Part shown: positions 40,771 to 50,632 of the stretch, one piece after another
Position numbering within the stretch: the first letter of the stretch is position 1
Layout: each line of letters begins with the position of its first letter
Source: a virus
Direction: 5' to 3' (one strand)
IMG/VR virus record: IMGVR_UViG_3300023174_000063
Length of the DNA stretch: 64,000 nucleotides
Notes under the pieces: generated by a model
The model's input: only the letters and a program-made list of their open reading frames with translations
What the model was told of the DNA's origin: nothing
Database searches by the model: none
Position numbers and translations under genes: made by a program

Positions 40771-43274
40771 TGATGGAGAAATTTATGACAGAGTCGGTTA
40801 GAGAGAAGGCTCTTAGAGAGACAAATGAATACTTCGAGGGTGATGAATTAGCACCTGATGTCTTTATGAAGTACGCGCTTCGAGACACCGCAGGAAATTT
40901 GCTTGAGACAAATCCCGATCAGATGCATCGAAGACTAGCAAAGGAATTCGCTCGCATCGAGAGCAAGTATTCAAATCCAATGAGCGAAGAAGAGATCTAT
41001 CTTCTCCTCAAGGACTTTAGAGATGTAGTTCCCCAGGGCTCACCGATGTCTGGTATTGGAAATGCATTTCAGCTGCAGTCTCTCTCTAACTGCTTTGTAA
41101 TCGACCAGCCTCATGATTCTTACGGTGGCATTCTTTTCTCTGATCAGGAGCAAGTTCAGATCATGAAGCGCCGCGGCGGAGTTGGCTTTGATGTGTCTAC
41201 AATACGCCCAAAGGGACAGCCAACCACAAATGCTGCTAGGACAACTGACGGCATTGGCATCTTTATGGAGCGCTTTAGTAATTCGACACGTGAAGTCGCC
41301 CAAGGGGGCCGCCGGGGGGCCCTAATGCTTACCATCGACTGTCGCCATCCTGAGATTGAAACTTTCATCGATATTAAGCGAGATCTCAAGAAGGTCACGG
41401 GCGCTAATATTTCTGTTCGCTTTACAGATGAATTTATGCGCGCAATTGAATCAAATTCTGATTTTATTCTTCGCTGGCCTGTTGAGTCGACCATTGAAAG
41501 TGCAGAAATTTGCAAAACAGTTAATGCAAGGCAGATTTGGGAAAAATTTGTTGATGCAGCATGGACATCTGCGGAGCCAGGAGCCCTATTCTGGGACACA
41601 GTTGTAAATCAAGGAATTGTTGACTGCTATCGAGATGTAGGCTACAAGACAATTTCAACAAATCCTTGCGGAGAAATTCCACTCAGCCCGTATGATTCGT
41701 GTCGTCTGATGGTCGTCAACCTTACGTCTTTCGTTAACGACCCGTTTACAGGCAACGCCCAGTTTGATTTCGACAGATTTAACAGCGTCGTGATGAAGGC
41801 ACAGCGCCTCATGGACGATCTTGTTGATCTTGAGGTAGAGTGCGTGGATCGAATTCTTTCAAAGATCAAGAACGACCCACAGCCGACTCACGTAAAGAAA
41901 ATTGAGTCTGATCTCTGGGAGAAAATTCGAGCAGCAGGTCTTAACGGCCGAAGGACAGGTCTAGGAGTTACAGGACTTGGTGATGCACTAGCTGCTCTTA
42001 ATATTCAGTACGGCAATGACAGATCTATTTCGATGACTGAAAGCATCTATAAAGCGTTAGCAGTTGGTGCACACAGGTCTTCGCTCCAGCTGGCAAAAGA
42101 GCGTGGTGCTTTCCCTGTCTTCGAGTACGAGAGAGAGAAAGATCACCCTTATCTCACAAAGGTCATGAATGAAGCTGGCAATGATGCCGTCCAAATGTGG
42201 CAATCGACAGGACGACGCAATATTGCTTTGACGACAACAGCTCCCGTTGGTTCAGTTTCATGCCTCACAAGAACAACTTCAGGAATTGAGCCCGCATTCC
42301 TCTTGTCGTATAAGCGCCGTCGCAAAATTACTCAGGGAGATTTGACATCTCGTGTTGATTATGTCGATCCTATGGGTGATAAGTGGCAGGAGTACACTGT
42401 CTATCATCACTGGTTTAAGAAGTGGATGGATGTGACAGGTAAGTCTGATCCAAAAGATTCTCCATACTGGGGAGGAACTGCAAATGATATTGACTGGGTT
42501 AAGTCTGTAGACATTCAGGCTGCTGCGCAGCGCTGGATTGACCACTCAATTAGCAAGACATGCAATCTCCCCAACTCTGCAACAAAAGAGACAGTCAATG
42601 ATGTCTACCTTCGAGCATGGGCATCTGGCTGCAAAGGATTTACAGTCTACAGAGACGGCTGTCGAACGGGCGTTCTAGTTGCAACAGATGAGCCCAAGAA
42701 GGAAAGCAAAAAGCAGGAGGAGCGCACGGCTCCTAAGCGTCCTAAAGCGCTCTCTTGTGATATTCATAGAGCAAATGTGAGAGATGCATCAGGTGAGTCG
42801 CAGCCATGGCTCGTTCTTGTGGGACTGCTCGACGGAAAGCCGTATGAGGTCTTCTGCGGAATTCCCACAAGCATTGAGATTCCAAAGAAGTACAAGACAG
42901 GCAGCATTGTCAAGAATGGCAAACGAGACGGTATTACAACTTATAATCTACATGTTCCTGTTGATGATGAGAATCTAGTGTTTAAAGATATTGCGAATCT
43001 ATTCGACAACCCCACACAGGGTGCATTTTCGAGGACAGTATCTCTGGCACTACGTCATGAAGTTCCCATCCAGTATATTGTTGAGCAGATCCAGAAAGAC
43101 AAGAACTCTGATATGTTCTCATTTTCAAAGGTTGTTTCAAGAGTTCTTAAGGGGTATATACCTGATGGAGCAAAGACCGGAGGCATGACGTGCTCTGAGT
43201 GCGGTAGCAAAGACCTCGTCTATCAAGAGGGCTGCATGACATGTGCATCCTGCGGAAGCAGTAAGTGCTCGTAA
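40770..43274 (+). CDS. nrdJ: Class II (adenosylcobalamin-dependent) ribonucleotide reductase
   Basis: SNCFV, GGVGFD, QGGRRGA, TNPCGE, APVGS, IDHSISKT, KGFTVYRDG; C-terminal Zn ribbon; no adjacent NrdB. Confidence 0.9.
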   Translation: MMEKFMTESVREKALRETNEYFEGDELAPDVFMKYALRDTAGNLLETNPDQMHRRLAKEFARIESKYSNPMSEEEIYLLLKDFRDVVPQGSPMSGIGNAFQLQSLSNCFVIDQPHDSYGGILFSDQEQVQIMKRRGGVGFDVSTIRPKGQPTTNAARTTDGIGIFMERFSNSTREVAQGGRRGALMLTIDCRHPEIETFIDIKRDLKKVTGANISVRFTDEFMRAIESNSDFILRWPVESTIESAEICKTVNARQIWEKFVDAAWTSAEPGALFWDTVVNQGIVDCYRDVGYKTISTNPCGEIPLSPYDSCRLMVVNLTSFVNDPFTGNAQFDFDRFNSVVMKAQRLMDDLVDLEVECVDRILSKIKNDPQPTHVKKIESDLWEKIRAAGLNGRRTGLGVTGLGDALAALNIQYGNDRSISMTESIYKALAVGAHRSSLQLAKERGAFPVFEYEREKDHPYLTKVMNEAGNDAVQMWQSTGRRNIALTTTAPVGSVSCLTRTTSGIEPAFLLSYKRRRKITQGDLTSRVDYVDPMGDKWQEYTVYHHWFKKWMDVTGKSDPKDSPYWGGTANDIDWVKSVDIQAAAQRWIDHSISKTCNLPNSATKETVNDVYLRAWASGCKGFTVYRDGCRTGVLVATDEPKKESKKQEERTAPKRPKALSCDIHRANVRDASGESQPWLVLVGLLDGKPYEVFCGIPTSIEIPKKYKTGSIVKNGKRDGITTYNLHVPVDDENLVFKDIANLFDNPTQGAFSRTVSLALRHEVPIQYIVEQIQKDKNSDMFSFSKVVSRVLKGYIPDGAKTGGMTCSECGSKDLVYQEGCMTCASCGSSKCS

Positions 43275-43416
43275 AAAAATAAAAAAAAATTTTAAAAATA
43301 CTTTTTTAAGAATATTTAAATCTGAACCGCTTGTTCGGTGAGTTTTCTGACTAAAAAGTCAAAGTCGTATAGTTCTGTCATGTAGGGTTTTGTCAAACAC
43401 TAACATAGGAGACTAT

Positions 43417-45477
43417 ATGTCATTTACAACAAAAATGAGACTCTCGCAGATGACCGGATCAATCGGTACAGGCGAAGGTCAGATTCGTGACGATCACAGC
43501 GCAGAAGTTTCTACAGCAATTGAGGCTGGTGATCTCGGCGTAATGCTAAGCCACATGGCTTCAGCAATTAAGCGCATCCACGGTGCAGACAGCTTCACAG
43601 AGGCTGCTGCCGGTAATTTCGAAATTGCTCTCTACGCACAGGACGCACTGTACGTCTCAGGCGCTGCTGAGTTTGCAGACAACATTCACGCTCTAATGAG
43701 CCTCGACGTTGATGGCGACATCACAGGCTCAAATTTGTCACTCTCGAGCAACCTCTCAGCCGTTGACGGCACCTTCTCAGGTAACATCTCGGCCGTTGAC
43801 GCCACCCTCTCGGGCGACCTCTCGGCTGTCAGCGGTACATTCTCAAGCAACATCTCGGCCGTCGGTGCAACACTGTCGGCAGACCTTGCTGCTGTCAATG
43901 CCACACTTTCAGGCGACCTCTCGGCTGTCGACGGCACCTTCTCAGGTGACATCTCGGCAGTTGATGCGACCCTCTCGGGCGACCTCTCGGCTGTCAGTGG
44001 TACATTCTCAAGCAACATCTCGGCCGTTGGTGCAACACTGTCAGCTGATCTCTCAGCTGTCAATGCCACGCTTTCAGGCGATCTCTCGGCTGTCGACGGC
44101 ACCTTCTCAGGTGACATCTCGGCAGTTGATGCGACCCTCTCGGGCGACCTCTCGGCTGTCAGTGGTACATTCTCAAGCAACATCTCGGCAGTTGGAGCAA
44201 CATTGTCAGCAGACCTCGCTGCTGTCAATGCCACACTGTCAGGTGACCTCTCAGCCGTTGACGGCACCTTCTCAGGTGACATCTCGGCTGTTGACGCCAC
44301 ACTGTCGGGTGACCTCTCGGCTGTAAGCGGTACATTCTCAAGCAACATCTCGGCCGTCGGTGCAACACTGTCAGCTGATCTCTCAGCTGTCAATGCCACA
44401 CTGTCAGGTGACCTCTCGGCAGTTGATGCGACCCTCTCGGGCGACCTCTCAGCCGTTGACGGTAACTTCTCAGGTGACGTTGTAATCACCGGTGATCTCA
44501 CCGTCCAGGGAACAACTACAACACTCGACACACAGAACCTCCTCGTCGAGGATCCTATCGTTCTCTTCGGTTCGAATGCAGTTACATCGAACTCGAACGG
44601 CGGTATTGCAATCCTCTCGGGTTCTTCGGTCGCTGATCAGTCACTCGTCCTCGGCCGCGTTGCCAACGACGTGTGGGGTGTTGGTCGCAAGGACGTCGAG
44701 GGCGGCACAGTTACAACACTGGCCGACATGACACTCGTCGCTTTCCGCGCTGATAAGCTCGAGCTCGGCAGCGCTTCAGACTACATCCACGTCACAGGTT
44801 CGGACATGAACATCATCGCCGCTGGCGACATCATGATCGATCCTGCAGGTGGCGACGTCTTCTTCGACGCTCCTATCCAGCCCAAGTCCGGTGAGATTCA
44901 CGATCTAGGTAAGGATGGCAATGCATGGCGCGACCTCTGGATGCGCTCCAGCGGAAAGTTGACATTCGGCGCCGGTGGTTCAAAGGGTGTTATCGAGCAC
45001 GCCGTGCACGATGGCGCATTTGCAATCACAGTTCCCAGCGGCTCACTGGTCGCCGAGAACAAACTCTACGTTGAGAACATCATGGTCGCCAAGGACCAGG
45101 GTGCAGACCCTGCTTCACCCAACAGCGGCTACGGTGCATTCTACGTAAAGAATGACAAGCCTTACTTCAAGAACGACGGCGGATCTGTTTGGGATCTAAC
45201 AGCCGGTTCATCGTACTACAAGGCACAGCATGCTGTTACAGCTTCTGTTGCAGCCAACACATCTGTCGCCATCGGCGCAGTCAATCACGACAATGCTGTT
45301 CCTGAGCACCTTGACGTTTACGTCAACGGTAACCTCCTGCTGTCGGGTGCACTCTCGGCTGGAAACGTTGCCTCTGGCGCTGACTACTCGATCGACGGAC
45401 TCTCCGGCGCAGAATTCAAGTTCGCGTTCGGCCTCGAGCCCGGCGACGTCGTAGTCGTCAAGAAGATCGCTGTCTAA
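43417..45477 (+). CDS. Fibre-like virion protein with 11-aa beta repeats
   Basis: 22 repeats, then GDLTVQGTTTTLDTQNLLVEDPI (phage fibre shaft motif); C-terminal DVYVNG.LL...G.DY...F.F.L..GDVV; RBS AGGAG. Confidence 0.7.
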   Translation: MSFTTKMRLSQMTGSIGTGEGQIRDDHSAEVSTAIEAGDLGVMLSHMASAIKRIHGADSFTEAAAGNFEIALYAQDALYVSGAAEFADNIHALMSLDVDGDITGSNLSLSSNLSAVDGTFSGNISAVDATLSGDLSAVSGTFSSNISAVGATLSADLAAVNATLSGDLSAVDGTFSGDISAVDATLSGDLSAVSGTFSSNISAVGATLSADLSAVNATLSGDLSAVDGTFSGDISAVDATLSGDLSAVSGTFSSNISAVGATLSADLAAVNATLSGDLSAVDGTFSGDISAVDATLSGDLSAVSGTFSSNISAVGATLSADLSAVNATLSGDLSAVDATLSGDLSAVDGNFSGDVVITGDLTVQGTTTTLDTQNLLVEDPIVLFGSNAVTSNSNGGIAILSGSSVADQSLVLGRVANDVWGVGRKDVEGGTVTTLADMTLVAFRADKLELGSASDYIHVTGSDMNIIAAGDIMIDPAGGDVFFDAPIQPKSGEIHDLGKDGNAWRDLWMRSSGKLTFGAGGSKGVIEHAVHDGAFAITVPSGSLVAENKLYVENIMVAKDQGADPASPNSGYGAFYVKNDKPYFKNDGGSVWDLTAGSSYYKAQHAVTASVAANTSVAIGAVNHDNAVPEHLDVYVNGNLLLSGALSAGNVASGADYSIDGLSGAEFKFAFGLEPGDVVVVKKIAV
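43744..44469 (+). repeat. In-frame hierarchical tandem repeat: 22 x 33 bp, organised as 4 x 165 bp plus 2 units
   Basis: Unit block SGDLSAVDGTF/SGDISAVDATL/SGDLSAVSGTF/SSNISAVGATL/SADL[A/S]AVNATL. Confidence 0.95.
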
Positions 45478-45520
45478 TTTAATCTTAGACTATCGGCACT
45501 AACTTTTAGTTAGTGATTTG

Positions 45521-45559
45521 GCGCCCCGGAGATATTTACTCTCCGGGGCGTTTTATTTT
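45521..45559 (+). terminator. Rho-independent terminator
   Basis: CGCCCCGGAGA-tatttac-TCTCCGGGGCG followed by TTTTATTTT. Confidence 0.8.
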
Positions 45560-45573
45560 GCACGGAGGGTTTT

Positions 45574-46104
45574 GTGAAAGAATTACATGAAGAGTTTGTT
45601 GAATTAGTTAAAACAACAGATGAGGAAGTCAAAAAGGCACAGTCGAAATCGTCGACACTCAATACACTTAGTGGACATATTGTCCCAAAGATTGAAGCAC
45701 TAGTGACAAAAGTTCTTACTCTCGAAGACCTCAACAGCGGAATGTCAGATATTGTAGTTAGCTTGCTTCAAATTAAAAAAGATATTGAAGTTGCCCAATA
45801 TGCTGAACAGGTGCAGGTAGCATTTCGCTTAGGCCAGCAGTTAGTTGCTCAAGCAACTGCCAGCAAGACAGAAGAAATTTTAAAGGCAGAAGATGAGAAG
45901 CAGAGAACTGAAGAGTTAAAAGAGAAAATCTCTGCAGGAGAAGTAGATCCAGAAGCTCACAGGCGTCCTGGCCAGAGACCTGAATCGTTAAGAAATATTC
46001 GAAATGCACAAAAACTCATTGAGGAGTCAAAGTCATCTGAAGAAGTCTCTAATGAGAAGCCTAAAAAGTCTTCCGGCAAATTTAAGAAAAAGAGCAACAC
46101 TTAA
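45574..46104 (+). CDS. Hypothetical coiled-coil protein
   Basis: RBS GGAGG, GTG start; RRPGQRPESL motif. Confidence 0.6.
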   Translation: MKELHEEFVELVKTTDEEVKKAQSKSSTLNTLSGHIVPKIEALVTKVLTLEDLNSGMSDIVVSLLQIKKDIEVAQYAEQVQVAFRLGQQLVAQATASKTEEILKAEDEKQRTEELKEKISAGEVDPEAHRRPGQRPESLRNIRNAQKLIEESKSSEEVSNEKPKKSSGKFKKKSNT

Positions 46105-46110
46105 AAGATA

Positions 46111-46854
46111 ATGCTCAAGAGTCCAAACGATAAAGTTTTAGGCATCAGGCTTACTTCGCAAGCACGTAAGCTACAGACTGCACAGCAAGACTTAGATGAC
46201 CATCAACTTATCGCAGGGGTTTATGAGCAGGACTTTCAGAGGGTTATTAGGATTGCTGCAGGAAACATCAGAACAAAACATGACCCTGAAGTACTCCAGA
46301 AAAATATTGAAGAAGCAAAAGCGAAGGCAGCAAGTGAAGAAAACCCTGAAGATCTAGATGACTCTGAGACTAATCCAACGCTTAAAAATCTTCATCGACG
46401 CATTGCTCTCTTGACTCACCCAGACAGACTTGTTTCTGAGACTAGCGCTGCCGAAAAGGAGCGCAAAGAAGCACTGTTTAAAAGGGCAGCTAAAGCGTAT
46501 GATGATCAAGATCTTTGTGAGCTTGTCTTAATCGCATCTGAACTTAAAATTGCAGTCGAAGATTTCGTCGATGCGCAGACTCTCATGATGGCATATGATG
46601 AAAAAATTAGCGCAATCCAGAAAAAAGTGAAGAACATTAAAGAGTCTTATGTTTGGATTTGGGGAGAGTCACACGGCAATCTAGACATGCGGGTGAGATT
46701 GCTTGACATTTACCTGCAGCAAACAGGGCATGCTAAAGTTGACGAACAAATTCTTCGAGATATTATCATGCACCACGAAGAGCCGACAGATGTTAGAAAT
46801 ATTTCAGTTCGTCAACGTGAAGCAGGCACTAGACCAAAGAGACTTATCAGATAA
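46111..46854 (+). CDS. J-domain (DnaJ-like) protein
   Basis: LKNLHRRIALLTHPDRL...FKRAAKAY, matching helix II-HPD-helix III. Confidence 0.7.
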   Translation: MLKSPNDKVLGIRLTSQARKLQTAQQDLDDHQLIAGVYEQDFQRVIRIAAGNIRTKHDPEVLQKNIEEAKAKAASEENPEDLDDSETNPTLKNLHRRIALLTHPDRLVSETSAAEKERKEALFKRAAKAYDDQDLCELVLIASELKIAVEDFVDAQTLMMAYDEKISAIQKKVKNIKESYVWIWGESHGNLDMRVRLLDIYLQQTGHAKVDEQILRDIIMHHEEPTDVRNISVRQREAGTRPKRLIR

Positions 46855-46870
46855 ACAAAGATTTTTCTTT

Positions 46871-46899
46871 GTGTAAATTGTGCCTACGTTTGGTACAAT
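46871..46899 (+). promoter_or_regulatory. Early/middle promoter
   Basis: GTGTAA-N17-TACAAT with extended TG. Confidence 0.7.
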
Positions 46900-46923
46900 T
46901 TAAGAGAAAGCAATGGAGGTCCT

Positions 46924-48822
46924 GTGAAGTCAATCGAGCAAAAGTATCAAAAGCTAGACGACATTAGCCACGTGCTCTTGCGCCCAGGCATGTACTGCGG
47001 TTCGACTAAGACTCGTGAGGAAGATGTTTTTCTCCTCAATGAAGATCGACATTTTGAAAAGCGTCAAGCAAATGTTAATCCGGCATTCCTTAAGATCTTT
47101 GATGAGATCGTAAGTAATGCTGCAGATGAGCATCGGAGAGATGGATCAAAGCTTGATCGCATTGATGTAAAGGTCGAGCCTGAGACAGGCACCGTCACCG
47201 TCGAGGACAATGGCGGAATTCCTGTTGTAAAGCATGCCACTCACAACGAGTGGGTTCCTGAGATTATTTTCTCTAATCTCAAGGCAGGGTCTAATTTTGA
47301 TGATTCTGAAGAGCGTTTGACTGCTGGCACAAATGGCGTTGGCGCAACACTTACTAACATTTTCTCTACTGAATTCAAAGTAGAGACGTGTGACGGCAAA
47401 AATAAGTTCACGCAGGTCTTTACAAATAACATGCGTGATCGCACAGATCCTATTATTGAAAAGTTTCGCAAGGGTCACACGAGAATCACGTATAAACCTG
47501 ACCTAGGACGCTTTGGCCTCTCATCGATTGACACCGATCATGTGCAGATGATGCGTAAGCGTTGCACGGATCTTGCAGCATGCAACCCAAAGCTTACTGT
47601 TTCATTTAATGACGAAGTCTTTAAGTTCACGACATTCTCAGAATATTGTAAGCTCTATTCTGATAAGGTCTTTAGCGAGACATCAGAACGCTGGTCAGTT
47701 GGAATTAGTAGCTCAAACGGCAGCATGCAGCAGGTATCATTCGTCAATGGAGTTGAGACCCGCGACGGCGGCACACACGTAGACCTTATTGCTTCACAGA
47801 TTGTCGAATTCGTCAGGAAGCGTCTTGAAAAGAAGCACAAGGTCAGTTTGCGACCGGCTGAGATTAAGAATCACTTGTTTGTCTTTATCAGAGCAGACAT
47901 TATTAATTCAGCGTTTAGCTCTCAGACAAAAGAGAAGCTTATCACGGACCCACGTGACTTTGGTTCTAAGCATGAAGTCTCTGAGAAGACGCTGAAGGCA
48001 CTGTTTGAGTCAGACATTATTCAGAATATCCTTGATTGGGCCCAGCAGAAAGCGTTAGCTGATGAGCGTAAGATGCTTCGAGAGCTCAATAAGCAGGTTT
48101 CTCGAGAAAAGGTGCTTAAGCTTATTGACGCAAAGGGTCGCGATAGAGAGAAGTGTACGCTAGCTCTCTTCGAAGGTAATTCAGCAAGTTCGGCATTTAG
48201 AAAGTATCGTGACCCACAGATTCACGGAGCATTCCCGCTTCGTGGTAAATTCTTGAATGTCACTGAGATGCCTGCTGCAAAAATTATCCAGAATGCAGAG
48301 GTCAAAGATATTTTGACTGCGATGGGTCTTAAGATGGGTGAGTCTCCCACTGACCTTCGTTATGGCAAAATTCTCATCTATTCTGACGCAGATCCTGATG
48401 GTGATTCGATCGCAGGACTTCTTGTTAACTTTTTTGGTACCTTCTGGCCTGAGTTGCTTGAGCAGAAACGTCTACTTCGTGTAATCACTCCTCTAGTGGT
48501 TGCAAAGAAGGGAAAAACTGTCCTGTCTTTCTACACATCAAAAGAGCTTGAGGACTGGATGGCACAGCAGAAAGATCTAAACACATGGGATATTGCCTAT
48601 AAGAAGGGTCTTGCAGCACTAGAAGATGATGAGTACTGCGAGATCATCCAGAATCCTAGGATGTTTGCTCTCACATCAGGTTCTAATCTCAAGACTTCTC
48701 TGTATGCCTGGTTCGGCGGAGATCCTTCAATTAGAAAGAGAAAGATTTTAGGCCTCGAAGAAGACGATGCCAGTGCAAATGTCGTAGATGATGTGGTAGA
48801 TTCTACCAGTATGTTCCAGTGA
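46924..48822 (+). CDS. Type IIA topoisomerase ATPase/TOPRIM subunit (T4 gp39+60-like)
   Basis: HVLLRPGMYCGS, EIVSNAAD, GTNGVGA, FSSQTKE, EGNSA, PLRGK, DADPDG, YKKGL. Confidence 0.93.
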   Translation: MKSIEQKYQKLDDISHVLLRPGMYCGSTKTREEDVFLLNEDRHFEKRQANVNPAFLKIFDEIVSNAADEHRRDGSKLDRIDVKVEPETGTVTVEDNGGIPVVKHATHNEWVPEIIFSNLKAGSNFDDSEERLTAGTNGVGATLTNIFSTEFKVETCDGKNKFTQVFTNNMRDRTDPIIEKFRKGHTRITYKPDLGRFGLSSIDTDHVQMMRKRCTDLAACNPKLTVSFNDEVFKFTTFSEYCKLYSDKVFSETSERWSVGISSSNGSMQQVSFVNGVETRDGGTHVDLIASQIVEFVRKRLEKKHKVSLRPAEIKNHLFVFIRADIINSAFSSQTKEKLITDPRDFGSKHEVSEKTLKALFESDIIQNILDWAQQKALADERKMLRELNKQVSREKVLKLIDAKGRDREKCTLALFEGNSASSAFRKYRDPQIHGAFPLRGKFLNVTEMPAAKIIQNAEVKDILTAMGLKMGESPTDLRYGKILIYSDADPDGDSIAGLLVNFFGTFWPELLEQKRLLRVITPLVVAKKGKTVLSFYTSKELEDWMAQQKDLNTWDIAYKKGLAALEDDEYCEIIQNPRMFALTSGSNLKTSLYAWFGGDPSIRKRKILGLEEDDASANVVDDVVDSTSMFQ

Positions 48823-48831
48823 GGTTTTAAG

Positions 48832-50202
48832 ATGTCGAGCAATAATCTTGCAGTTCGAACAGTCGATGACTTTTTTGACCATGAATTGCGTGATTACGCA
48901 AAGTATGTAGTCCGTCATCGTGCAATTCCAAGTGTAATTGATGGCTTTAAGCCATCGCAGCGGAAGATTGCACACACTGCCAATACTGTCTGGAAGACAG
49001 GCAACGAAAAGCCCATGAAGGTTTTTCAGCTCGGCGGCCTGGCAGCATCACAGACAATGTTCCACCACGGCTCTCTGGATGGTACAATCATTGGGATGAC
49101 ACAAGAGTTTAAAAACTCAATGTCAATCTTTCAAGGCATTGGCCAGTTTGGCTCTCTTCGGTCTCCCGAGGCAGGTGCTCCTCGATACGTTGGTGTTAAG
49201 TTCAATGAGAATTTTAGACTCCTATACCAGGACTTCGATCTTGTTGAGAAGCAGACCGAAGAAGGCGTCGAAATCGAGCCTAAGTTCTTTCTGCCTATCT
49301 TGCCCACAGTTCTTTTGAACGGCGGAAGTGGCATCGCTGTAGGCTTCGCGACTAACATCTTGAATAGACATCCTGTGCATCTTATTGATGCTTGTCTTGA
49401 TACGTTGAATGGCAAGTCTTGTACTACCTTGAAGCCATGGATTAACGGCTATGTGGGAGATATTGATCTAGTTCCGGGGACCCAAAAATCTTGGGTGCTG
49501 CAGGGTAAGTTCGATGTTAAAAATACTTCCACTGTAGAGATCACAGAGCTTCCACCGTCTTGGACGTACGAGAAGTATGAAGTGCTGCTTGATGGACTAG
49601 TCAATAAGGGCTTGATCCACTCCTATGACGACCATTCAGCTACGACACCGCACTATGTCCTGAAGTTTAATAGGCTGAAGCTAGCAGAGCTTATTCAGAA
49701 GAATAAGCTTGCAGATCTCCTTAAGATGTCAGAGCGTGAGACCGAAAATTTTACGACACTCGATGAGTCGGGTGATCTTAAAATCTTTGATACCGCTGAA
49801 GGCATCGTCGATTATTTCGTAAATTTTCGTCTGAAGTACTACGATATTCGACGTAGCAAGCTCATTGAGAAGATCAACTCAGAGCTGAAGGTCATCGATA
49901 ACCGTTGCAAGTTTATCGATGCGATTCTCTCAGAAACACTTGTCATTAGCGGTCGAAAGAGGGCTGAGATCGAAGCAGATCTTGTGAAGCTGCAGATTGA
50001 CAAGCACGAAGACAGCTACAATTATCTGCTAAACATGGCAATTCACAGCTTGACACAAGAGAAGGTTAAAGAGCTGGTTGCATCTAAGCTTAAGAAGCAG
50101 AAGGAACTCAAGCAGATTGAATCAACAACAGGAAAGAGAATGTATGTCGATGACCTCCAGGATCTTCGCGCCAAGCTCATCAAGCAAGGTTACACTCCCT
50201 GA
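48832..50202 (+). CDS. Type IIA topoisomerase breakage-reunion subunit (T4 gp52-like)
   Basis: RAIPSVIDGFKPSQRK, HHG, GAPRY (catalytic Tyr), NGGSGIAVGFAT, ITELP. Confidence 0.93.
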   Translation: MSSNNLAVRTVDDFFDHELRDYAKYVVRHRAIPSVIDGFKPSQRKIAHTANTVWKTGNEKPMKVFQLGGLAASQTMFHHGSLDGTIIGMTQEFKNSMSIFQGIGQFGSLRSPEAGAPRYVGVKFNENFRLLYQDFDLVEKQTEEGVEIEPKFFLPILPTVLLNGGSGIAVGFATNILNRHPVHLIDACLDTLNGKSCTTLKPWINGYVGDIDLVPGTQKSWVLQGKFDVKNTSTVEITELPPSWTYEKYEVLLDGLVNKGLIHSYDDHSATTPHYVLKFNRLKLAELIQKNKLADLLKMSERETENFTTLDESGDLKIFDTAEGIVDYFVNFRLKYYDIRRSKLIEKINSELKVIDNRCKFIDAILSETLVISGRKRAEIEADLVKLQIDKHEDSYNYLLNMAIHSLTQEKVKELVASKLKKQKELKQIESTTGKRMYVDDLQDLRAKLIKQGYTP

Positions 50203-50632
50203 AAACTGGTCTCCTCCTAGATCTCCTATCGGACTCATACAAGAAGATCTCTGGCCAAATGAATGGAAGATTCTTGTAGCATGTCTGCTGCTCAACCTCA
50301 CGACACGCAAGCAGGTTGATGGCGTCATCTATGAGCTATTTAAAAAATACCCCACTCCGGAGGCCCTGGGAGCTGCAGGAGACATCGAATTGGAGGAGAT
50401 GATCAAACCATTGGGTATGCAGAAGAAACGCTCTGCGACACTGCGGCGGTTCTCTAATGAATATCTCCAAAAGTCATGGAAGACTGCATCTGATCTTCAC
50501 GGGTGTGGCAAATACGCAAATGACTGCTGGCGGATTTTTTGTCTAGGTGAGTGGCGTAGTGTTCAACCTAGCGATCACGCTTTAAACAAGTATGTAGACT
50601 ACCTTAAGAAAGGAGATTCAATCGATGCCTGA
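50144..50632 (+). CDS. MBD4-like HhH-GPD mismatch DNA glycosylase
   Basis: WSPPRSP.GLIQE, WKILVACLLLN, KPLG, LHGCGKYAND.WRIFC..EW..V.P.DH.LNKY, matching the MBD4 glycosylase domain as I recall it. Likely start 50144 or 50150, overlapping the topoisomerase gene. Confidence 0.85.
   Translation: MSMTSRIFAPSSSSKVTLPENWSPPRSPIGLIQEDLWPNEWKILVACLLLNLTTRKQVDGVIYELFKKYPTPEALGAAGDIELEEMIKPLGMQKKRSATLRRFSNEYLQKSWKTASDLHGCGKYANDCWRIFCLGEWRSVQPSDHALNKYVDYLKKGDSIDA

Noticed and set aside
43272-43320. A/T-rich tract as a replication origin
   Set aside because: Only ~45 bp with no iterons; adequately explained as the upstream region of the late-type promoter for the fibre gene.
43744-44469. 33-bp periodic repeats as a CRISPR array or DGR
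   Set aside because: No unique spacers. Variation is mostly synonymous and in frame within a protein, and no cas or reverse transcriptase gene is in the window.
43686-44531. Long antisense (281 aa) and alternate-frame (205 aa) ORFs over the repeat
   Set aside because: Shadows of a stop-free repetitive coding sequence; no RBS or independent features.
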